Shown here in pieces: positions 56,953 through 64,000 of a stretch of 64,000 nt of DNA. Position 1 is the stretch's first letter, and the number at the start of each line of letters is the position of its first letter. The stretch is taken from assembly GCA_965116905.1 (NCBI GenBank), contig OZ220732.1, positions 1,056,001-1,120,000 on the forward strand, given 5' to 3'. This DNA is from Longimicrobiales bacterium. GTDB lineage: Bacteria > Gemmatimonadota > Gemmatimonadetes > Longimicrobiales > Gaopeijiaceae. The notes below the pieces were generated by a model that saw nothing but the letters and a program-made list of their open reading frames with translations, searched no databases and was not told the origin of the DNA. The position numbers and the translations under genes were made by a program.

Positions 56953-58137
56953 TCAGCTGAACGCCGCTTCCTCCACCCGCCTCCAAGGCATCAGGCGGCC
57001 GGCGCTCCGCGCCTGAAACGCGTCTCCGCCGTAGACCACGACGACATCGGGGGTGGGCGAATCGTCACCTTTCTTCGGCCTGAAGTGTCCCTGCACCCGC
57101 AGGGCTCCGCGAAACAGGACGGATGACGGGGTCCGGGCAGCCTTGGCCTCCACGAGGGTCAGGCGCCCTGGCCGCTCGATCACCAGATCGACCTCGGCAC
57201 CGCTGCGGTCGCGGTAGTACGACAGGCCACGCGTCTTGCCTCGGTTCGCACGGTGCTTCACGATCTCCGAGACCACCCAGCTCTCGAAGATGGCGCCGCG
57301 CAGCGGATGCGAACGCAACTGCTCCGGCTCGCGGATGCCCAGCAGCCAGCAGACGAGGCCGGAGTCGTAGAAATGGAGCTTCGGCATCTTGACCAGGCGC
57401 TTCCGCAGGCTCCAGTGGAACGCCGGAAGCCGGAATGTGACAAAACTCGTCTCCAGCACGCTCAGCCACGCCTTGGCCGTGGGCTGCGAGATGCCGCAGT
57501 CGTCGGCCAGCGACGAGTAGTTCAGCAGCTGGCCGGTCCGTCCCGCGCAGAGTTCGAGGAAACGCTGAAACGCGACGAGATCGCCGATGTTGCTGATCGA
57601 TCGGACGTCCCGCTCGAGATAGGTGGCGGCGTAGGACCGGAGCCAGCGCGACGGCTTGAGGTCGCGGTCGAAGATGCGCGGATACCCGCCGCTCAAGAGG
57701 GCTTCGTCGAGATCGGCGGGACAGCGGTCGAACCGCGTGATCTCCTCCCAGGTCAGCGGCAGGAGGTTGAACACCTCGGTCCGGCCGGCCAGCGACTGGC
57801 TGACCGAATCGAGCAGGGCCAGGTTCTGCGAGCCGGTAAGGATCCAGCGTCCCGGTGCCGGATCGGCGTCGATGATCCCCTGCAGGTACGAAAGCAGGGC
57901 CGGTACGCGCTGGACTTCGTCGATGACGGCGCCGTCCGGGAACTGCGCCAGGAAGGCCCGCGGGTCGTCGGTGGCGAAGGCGCGGTGGTCGGGCGCTTCG
58001 AGCGTTCGGTACGCGTGGTCCGGAAAGAGTGTCCGGCAAAGCGTCGTCTTTCCGCTCTGACGCGGGCCGGTGAGCGTGACGGCGGGCATCTCGGCGGCCG
58101 CCCGGATGACTTCGGGGGCGAGGTCTCGTTGGATCAT
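56953..58137 (-). CDS. AAA+ ATPase (AAA_14) with DUF4143 C-terminus
   Basis: GPRQSGKT, IDEVQ, ILTGS, GGYP, FESWV, EVDLV..VEAK. Confidence 0.9.
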   Translation of the reverse strand: MIQRDLAPEVIRAAAEMPAVTLTGPRQSGKTTLCRTLFPDHAYRTLEAPDHRAFATDDPRAFLAQFPDGAVIDEVQRVPALLSYLQGIIDADPAPGRWILTGSQNLALLDSVSQSLAGRTEVFNLLPLTWEEITRFDRCPADLDEALLSGGYPRIFDRDLKPSRWLRSYAATYLERDVRSISNIGDLVAFQRFLELCAGRTGQLLNYSSLADDCGISQPTAKAWLSVLETSFVTFRLPAFHWSLRKRLVKMPKLHFYDSGLVCWLLGIREPEQLRSHPLRGAIFESWVVSEIVKHRANRGKTRGLSYYRDRSGAEVDLVIERPGRLTLVEAKAARTPSSVLFRGALRVQGHFRPKKGDDSPTPDVVVVYGGDAFQARSAGRLMPWRRVEEAAFS

Positions 58138-58238
58138 GGTGGGGAAGGATAGCGATGGGAATGGGCTAATTCAAGATGCGGTTTTGAAGCAGCCGACACC
58201 ACTAAGAGTCCAGGCGCCGCTACGTCAGTCGTCCCCAC

Positions 58239-59351
58239 TTAGCGCGTCCGCGAATCGAGGCCGTGAACTGTCGGCCTGAGCAGATGAATCCAGGGAACGC
58301 CCGCCTGCGTCTCCTCATAGGCTATGACCATGTCCGAACCGTAAACGAACCCAGGCAAGGAAAGGTCGCTTCGGTAGCGGGCCAGAGTCCGCCCCGTCTC
58401 CGGATCGATCAGGTCCAATACCCCGTCGTAGAGCGTTTGCCCGGGGGCCTCGCGCTCCCACTGGTTCGCAACCTCAGGATCGCTGGTGCGCCTCGCCCAA
58501 GCCCGGTCTGGTCCCCACCAGAGAATCCAGAGCCCCCGGTCGTCCAGCCTGGCGCCAATGTTCGCGACATTGGGCCATACGGGCGGCTCCCTTATCTCAC
58601 GGTCGAACTCCTCGACAGACCGGTTGAGGATCCTGGAGAGCTTCGGGTCGGGTAGCAGGACCCACTCCTCAATCCTGCCCGAGGCGCCGTCGACGATCCA
58701 GGCCAGTGAGTCGCTCGCCGCCACCGCGAACTGCCGTCCCGAGGGACCGCGGTACACCGATCCGTCCCATCCGTAGGAGCGCATGTTGCCATCCGCACCC
58801 AACAGGTGCAGGTGGTGCCCCGCGGACCCGGACGACTGAACATCACCCGCGAAGACAACGGTTTCCGATTCTGTCACCGCCGCCGACGTGATGTCGGCCC
58901 GAAAACGATCCACTCGGACGACGCCGTGGTCGGCGTCCAGCACGGTGCGGCCCCTCAGGCCGTCAAAGACGTGGATGAACTCCGGTCCGACATTGAGGTG
59001 CGTGATCAGAGCGTACTCGCCGGGGCCCTCACCTGAGCCGCCAATCTCGCGAATGAATGCCCCCGTGGAGTCAAAGACCGCGATGTCGGCACGCCCCCAC
59101 ATGGCAAGTAGGATCCGCCCCCGTCGGTCCACCACGGCCAGCGGAACGGGACCCTCCAACAAATGACTTCCGGGACCATCCAGTCCCCCCAGCGTGACCA
59201 CCGTGTCCATCGTGATCCGGCACTCCGCGCAGGACACTTCGCCCGAGACTTCGACGACCGGCTGCTGGGCAACAGCGGGTGCGGCTGCCATCCCAACGGC
59301 GCACACCGCCAGCAGGCCGGTTGGACGGCACAGCAACTCGGCAGCGATCAC
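58239..59351 (-). CDS. Secreted 6-bladed beta-propeller protein
   Basis: Signal peptide AVA-QQ, GGSGEGPGEY motif; GTG 59351 overlaps upstream TGA. Confidence 0.75.
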   Translation of the reverse strand: MIAAELLCRPTGLLAVCAVGMAAAPAVAQQPVVEVSGEVSCAECRITMDTVVTLGGLDGPGSHLLEGPVPLAVVDRRGRILLAMWGRADIAVFDSTGAFIREIGGSGEGPGEYALITHLNVGPEFIHVFDGLRGRTVLDADHGVVRVDRFRADITSAAVTESETVVFAGDVQSSGSAGHHLHLLGADGNMRSYGWDGSVYRGPSGRQFAVAASDSLAWIVDGASGRIEEWVLLPDPKLSRILNRSVEEFDREIREPPVWPNVANIGARLDDRGLWILWWGPDRAWARRTSDPEVANQWEREAPGQTLYDGVLDLIDPETGRTLARYRSDLSLPGFVYGSDMVIAYEETQAGVPWIHLLRPTVHGLDSRTR

Positions 59352-60916
59352 CGGTCTCGCGCCATTCGCCGCAACACCGCCAGAATCTCCACTCGGTCCA
59401 CCTTCCCCACGCCCGTCAGCGGCATCTCGTCCACCACCACGAGGTGCCTCGGATGCGCGTACGCCGGCCCCTCTTCCAGCGTATACCGCTTCAGCGCCCC
59501 GACCGTTAGCGCCGAACCCGAGGCCAGTTTGACCATTGCCGCGGGCACGGCCCCCTTCAGCGCATGCGGGACCGGCACGACCGCCGCGTCCAGCACGTCC
59601 GGATGCGACAGGAGAAGGTCCTCGACCTCCTTGGGGTAGATGTTCTCGCCGCCCGAGTTGAACATGTCGTCGGTGCGGCCGCGGAAGTGGTAGAACCCGT
59701 CCTCGTCGCAGTGAAAGAGGTCGCCGGTGGCGAGCCAGCCGTCCCGGATGCGGTCGGCGTTGATGTCCGGGAGGTTGTGGTATCCGGGCGTGACGCCGGG
59801 ATTGCGGACCCACAGTTCGCCGTATTCGGGGTCCTCGACGCCGTCCCGCATGAGCTTGATCTCGCCCTCGGGCCAGGCCGCGCCGCAGCTTCCCCTCGGC
59901 ACCGGCCGGCCGTCGAGCGGGGGACCGAGCATGACGGGCCCGCCCTCGGTGAGGCCGTAGCTCTCGCCGACTTCGACGCCGAATGCCTGCTCCACCGCGT
60001 CCATGAGCTCCGGCTGCACCGGGGCCGACCCCAGCGTGACCCTCCTGAGCGCCGAGAAGTCGAGTTCCCGGATGAGGTCCGTGTGGTCCATGGCAATGGC
60101 GAAAACGGCGGGCACGGCGCCCACCTGGGTGCAACGGTATTCGCTCAGCGCCCGCAGGAACGCCACCGGCTCGAACCCGGGCTGGATCACCACCGATCCC
60201 CCCGCTTGCAGGAGCGGCTTGACCGCGCCGGCCATAGCGTTCTTGTGGTAGAGGGGAACGGCGGCGAGGGCACGGTCGCCGGGGTCGGCAGGCCAGTATT
60301 TCCGCAGGCAGCGCACCCACCAGAGCTGTCCCTCGTGGTCGAGGACGACGCCCTTGGGCTTGCCGGTCGACCCCGAGGTGTAGGGCTGGAAGGCGGGGTG
60401 GTCTGCGCCGAGGCGGGGCGGCTCGAAGTCGGCTGACGATCCCGCAAGCGCACCCTTGTAGCCCACCCAGCCGGTGCTTGCCCGTTCGCGGCCCGCGTGG
60501 TTGCCGCCGACCTCCCACCTCTTCTCGATCGAAAGCCGATCGACCACCTGCGCCGAGCGTGCGGTGACCGCGGTTTCGACGAAGGCGGCGGTGCAGCCGG
60601 CGTCCGCGACGACGTGGGCGAGCGACTCGGCCGACAGCTTGAAGTTGAGGGGTACGGGGACGGCGCCGCAGCGCATCGCGCCGAACATGATTTCGACGAA
60701 CTCGAAGCGGTTGCCGACGCTGAGCGCGACCCGTTCGCCCATTGCAACGCCCGCGTTGGTGAGCAGGTTGGCGACGCGGTCCATGCGTTCGTCGAGTTCA
60801 CGGTAGCTGACCCTGCGGGGCGTGGGGCGCGACAGGTCGATCAGCGCGGTGCGGTCGGGGAATTCGGCGCGGGCGTCGCTGAGCCAGTATCCGAGGTTCT
60901 CTGCGCGGTTTTTCAT
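59348..60916 (-). CDS. Class I adenylate-forming enzyme (acyl-CoA synthetase)
   Basis: YTSGSTGKPKG, YGLTE, TGD, GRTDD, GGENIYP, GKV. Confidence 0.92.
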   Translation of the reverse strand: MKNRAENLGYWLSDARAEFPDRTALIDLSRPTPRRVSYRELDERMDRVANLLTNAGVAMGERVALSVGNRFEFVEIMFGAMRCGAVPVPLNFKLSAESLAHVVADAGCTAAFVETAVTARSAQVVDRLSIEKRWEVGGNHAGRERASTGWVGYKGALAGSSADFEPPRLGADHPAFQPYTSGSTGKPKGVVLDHEGQLWWVRCLRKYWPADPGDRALAAVPLYHKNAMAGAVKPLLQAGGSVVIQPGFEPVAFLRALSEYRCTQVGAVPAVFAIAMDHTDLIRELDFSALRRVTLGSAPVQPELMDAVEQAFGVEVGESYGLTEGGPVMLGPPLDGRPVPRGSCGAAWPEGEIKLMRDGVEDPEYGELWVRNPGVTPGYHNLPDINADRIRDGWLATGDLFHCDEDGFYHFRGRTDDMFNSGGENIYPKEVEDLLLSHPDVLDAAVVPVPHALKGAVPAAMVKLASGSALTVGALKRYTLEEGPAYAHPRHLVVVDEMPLTGVGKVDRVEILAVLRRMARDR

Positions 60917-60926
60917 GCCCCGGAGG

Positions 60927-61181
60927 TCACCGGTCCCCCGATCCGGCGGGCAGGGCCAGCGCCGAGATGCAGATGGCCGTGGCCACGCCGCCGATGACGA
61001 TCCAGATCCAGCCGCTGCCGGTGCGCATGACCGACGCCACGCCCCAGAGAGCCATTGCGTTGGCCGCCAGATTGACGATCAATCCCCAGACGCGCCCGGA
61101 CCATGGCCCGATGCGCCGGTCGAGGAAGCGCTCGAGCGCGGTCCCGCCGTCGCCGCGTCCACCCGCCCCGGCCGTCACCAC
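60927..61181 (-). CDS. Small two-helix membrane protein
   Basis: Two hydrophobic segments; fills the operon gap and is coupled to the transporter stop. Confidence 0.6.
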   Translation of the reverse strand: MVTAGAGGRGDGGTALERFLDRRIGPWSGRVWGLIVNLAANAMALWGVASVMRTGSGWIWIVIGGVATAICISALALPAGSGDR

Positions 61182-62524
61182 AACCCCAGCCGGTTGAAGA
61201 CGTAGGTAATCGCGATCGCGTTAAGGAGGGTCACCTGCAACAGGATCCCGAGGTTCCACAGGTACGACTCGCTGCGATCGGCGCCCAGCACCTTGCGGTC
61301 GTTCAGCAGCAGGTACATCGACCAGCCGACGACGTTGTTCGCGAGCGACAGGAACGCCGCGATGAAGATGACCAGCCAGACCGGCCGCGCGTTCCAGGCG
61401 GCGAGGAACGCGATCTGCGGCAGGAGCGCGCTGATCTTCCAGCGCCACGACGCGGTGTCGGGCTCCCACCCGAAGGCCTCGTGGATGGCCATTGCGCCGG
61501 CCAGGCTCATGGCCACGGTGGTCGTGATGGGGACTGCGAGGAATCCGACGTAGAAGAGGATTTGCGACCAGGTGGGACCGAGCAATGGCATGAGCGCCGC
61601 CGCCAGTTCGGGCGCCGACTCCGGTGTGATCCCCTGCGGGAAGAGCGTCGCCGCGAAGACGCCGATCACCAGGAAATTGACGACCACGAACGGGATGAAG
61701 AGTCCGGCGAACAGGTCGAAGCGCGCGAGCGACTCGTGGTTCCGTCCCCATCCCCGGCCCAGGCCCGCGTAGTGGAAGAACACCCAGTCCATCACGCCCA
61801 CGGCCGCGGCGGACGATGCGATGAAGAGATCCAGCCCCTCCCCTCCCCCCGGCAGCCAGGGCACGAAGGCACCGCGGGCCGCCGCGCCCCAGTCGACGCC
61901 CACGACCACCAGGACCGCGCCGAATGCGACGATCATGAGCGCGATCGCGCCCTTCATCACGGTCTCGACCAGGCGCGTGCCGGTGCCGCCGCGGCGTCCG
62001 TAGCTGAGGATCAGCCAGCTGGTGACCCCCACGTAGAGGATCCAGTTGTACTCGGCGGGGAAGGAGAAGCCGGCGAACGGCGCGAGGGATTCGATCAGGT
62101 GGGTGCCGAGGGCGACCTGGCCGAAGTTGAAGATCACGGCCACCGCCGCCGTGCCCACCAGTGCGGTCAGCAGCGATCCGACGAGCCAGGAGTGGCGCCG
62201 ATTCTGGACCTGGATGACGCGGAAGCCGCCCTTGCAGGTGAAACGGGCCATCGCGGCCATCATGAACAGGCCGAGGCCGCACGCGAGCCAGATCAGCCAC
62301 AGGGTGCGGTAGCCGAAGGTGGCGCCCGAGAGCATCGAGGACGTGAGGGTGCCGGCCCCGAGCGTGAGTGCGGCGCCCATGAACCCCGGACCGGCCAGGC
62401 GGGCGTAGCCGCTGATCCGCTTGTGGGCCGGAGCTTTTGCCAGGGCTGCCAGCCGGCCGGCCTCGGCATCCAGCACTTCGGCTGGAATGCGCTGGGCGAT
62501 GGGATAGCCGGACGGGTCGTTCAC
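61175..62524 (-). CDS. NRAMP-related (YcsG-like) transporter
   Basis: GPGF..AA..LGAG, GATFGYRTLW; about 11 TM segments; GTG 62524 overlaps upstream TGA. Confidence 0.75.
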   Translation of the reverse strand: MNDPSGYPIAQRIPAEVLDAEAGRLAALAKAPAHKRISGYARLAGPGFMGAALTLGAGTLTSSMLSGATFGYRTLWLIWLACGLGLFMMAAMARFTCKGGFRVIQVQNRRHSWLVGSLLTALVGTAAVAVIFNFGQVALGTHLIESLAPFAGFSFPAEYNWILYVGVTSWLILSYGRRGGTGTRLVETVMKGAIALMIVAFGAVLVVVGVDWGAAARGAFVPWLPGGGEGLDLFIASSAAAVGVMDWVFFHYAGLGRGWGRNHESLARFDLFAGLFIPFVVVNFLVIGVFAATLFPQGITPESAPELAAALMPLLGPTWSQILFYVGFLAVPITTTVAMSLAGAMAIHEAFGWEPDTASWRWKISALLPQIAFLAAWNARPVWLVIFIAAFLSLANNVVGWSMYLLLNDRKVLGADRSESYLWNLGILLQVTLLNAIAITYVFNRLGLW

Positions 62525-63531
62525 AGGGTCAGTATCGATTTGCCGAACACCTTCCGCTGCATGAGTTCGCCCATCGCCGTGCGGACATCCTCGACCGGTC
62601 TGACGGCATGGATGACCGGCTCCAGTTCGCCTTCGGCCACCATCGCCAGCAGGCGGGCCAGCCCCTCGCGGCTCCATCCGTCCGACCCGATGATCGTCTG
62701 TTCGAAGCTCCAGATGTAGCGGATGTCGGTGGACGGGTCGTAGCCGGCGGTGGCCCCGCAGGTGACCATGCGCCCCTGGAAGCGCAGGACCTTCAGGCTG
62801 GCCGCCCAGGTGGCGCCGCCGATGTAGTTGACCACGACGTCCACGCCGCCGGACTCCGGGTCGTGGTAGCGGGGCCGGCCGGCGATCTCGCGCACGAGCC
62901 GGATCAGTTCGTTGGAGCGCGACGGCAGGACGTGGTCGGCGCCGATGGCCCGCAGGCGCTCCAGCTTGCCGGGAGAGCCTCCGGTCGCGATCACCTCGGC
63001 GCCGATGCGCTTGCAGAGCTGGACGCTGCAGGTGCCCACGCCGCCGGTGGCGCCCAGAATCAGCACGGTTTCGCCCGCTTGCACGCGCGCGCGGTCCTCG
63101 ACCATGCGAAGCGCGGTCCCGTAGGCGACCGGGAGGGCGGCGGCATGCTCGAACGAGACGCCATCGGGGATCGGTACCAGGTTCTCCAGCGGGACCGCGA
63201 GGTACTCCGCCGCCGCGCCGGGAGCCTTCTCGCCGAGCATGCCGCGGTCGGCGATGATGGGGTCGATCATCGCCCGGTCCCCGGTCCGCCACCCCGCCGG
63301 GTCCGTCCCGGGGCCGAACCCCGCCACCTCGCCGGCCGCGTCGCCGCACGGGGTCATGGGGAAGGGAATGCGCAGCCCCGTGGTGCCGGCCAGCATCATG
63401 GGGTCGAAGCCGTTGAGGGCGCAGGCGCGAATGCGAATGAGCGCCTCGCCGGGCCCGGGTTCGGGGGTGGGGACGTCGGCCAGCCGGAGCTGGTCGGCGG
63501 CGCCGTGGCGGTCGTAGAGGACGGCCTTCAT
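62521..63531 (-). CDS. MDR-superfamily (quinone-oxidoreductase-like) NAD(P)H dehydrogenase
   Basis: MKAV, AAALPVAYGTA, LILGATGGVG, CGATAG, VFGK. Confidence 0.88.
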   Translation of the reverse strand: MKAVLYDRHGAADQLRLADVPTPEPGPGEALIRIRACALNGFDPMMLAGTTGLRIPFPMTPCGDAAGEVAGFGPGTDPAGWRTGDRAMIDPIIADRGMLGEKAPGAAAEYLAVPLENLVPIPDGVSFEHAAALPVAYGTALRMVEDRARVQAGETVLILGATGGVGTCSVQLCKRIGAEVIATGGSPGKLERLRAIGADHVLPSRSNELIRLVREIAGRPRYHDPESGGVDVVVNYIGGATWAASLKVLRFQGRMVTCGATAGYDPSTDIRYIWSFEQTIIGSDGWSREGLARLLAMVAEGELEPVIHAVRPVEDVRTAMGELMQRKVFGKSILTL

Positions 63532-63554
63532 GGTGCGCGGCGGTCCACGGGCCG

Positions 63555-63977
63555 CTAACCGGCCATCGACGAGTAGGTGCCGCGTCCCACCGCGCAGAGG
63601 CGGCCCTGGTCGTCGTGCACGTCCACGTCGGAGACCGAGATGGTGCGGCCGCCGCGCCGCAGCCGCGCTGTCGCCAGCAGGTACGGACCGGTGCATGGGC
63701 GCAGGTAGTCGACCCGCAACGAAATGGTGGGGACCCCTCCGCCCGCGCGCACCGCCACGACCATGTCGCCGGCGATGTCGATGAGCGACGCGATGGGGCC
63801 GCCGTGATAGATCGTGCCGTCTCCCCGCGTGAGGTCGTCCCGTTTGGCCATTCTGAGGACGATGGTCTCGCCGTCCTCGCTCATGTCTTCCAGGGTGATT
63901 CCAAGGGCAACGATGGCTTCGGCACCCGCCAGCACGGACTCGATCAAGTCCCAGGATTCGGTGTTTTTCGGTGGCAT
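63555..63977 (-). CDS. PaaI family hotdog-fold thioesterase
   Basis: HGGPIASLID, TISLRVDYLRP motifs. Confidence 0.88.
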   Translation of the reverse strand: MPPKNTESWDLIESVLAGAEAIVALGITLEDMSEDGETIVLRMAKRDDLTRGDGTIYHGGPIASLIDIAGDMVVAVRAGGGVPTISLRVDYLRPCTGPYLLATARLRRGGRTISVSDVDVHDDQGRLCAVGRGTYSSMAG

Positions 63978-64000
63978 GGCGTAAGGAGTTAGTGTGGCGT

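Noticed and set aside
1..64000. Many long Arg/Pro/Gly-rich alternative-frame and antisense ORFs (e.g. 3660-5825, 5907-7592, 12583-14346, 61103-62719)
   Set aside because: These are shadow ORFs expected at high GC; they overlap motif-supported genes and carry no recognisable domains

Overview
This is a GC-rich, gene-dense bacterial window with about 48 CDS. I recognised no rRNA, tRNA, CRISPR array, transposase or integrase. Gene content suggests a Gemmatimonadota-like marine or sponge symbiont (inference): many secreted hydrolases, 6-bladed beta-propellers, an Oar-type TonB receptor, DUF1640, DUF4143 ATPases and an swf-type PKS. The main feature is a minus-strand operon at 7803-19520. It encodes a 92-aa unknown protein, a mono-modular fully reducing type I PKS/FAS with no thioesterase, a B12-binding radical SAM enzyme, and a thioester-reductase/sulfotransferase fusion. 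This matches the swf architecture known from sponge metagenomes and predicts a methyl-branched alkyl sulfate; cysD and cysNC for PAPS supply lie about 22-28 kb away. Other loci are a four-gene cluster (2 GcvT-like + 2 phytoene-dehydrogenase-like) that may be a demethylase, lutABC, a GMC oxidoreductase pair, a CoA-ligase/thioesterase/reductase/NRAMP-like operon, two AAA-DUF4143 genes, and an orphan DUF433 antitoxin with a dead toxin. Two non-coding signals stand out. A 15-bp motif CCGNTTTTGTCGTAT occurs as a 21-bp-period tandem pair at two divergent promoters 10 kb apart. An AT-rich array of four 23-bp direct repeats lies upstream of one AAA-DUF4143 gene. All family calls come from reading motifs by eye, and start codons are best estimates.
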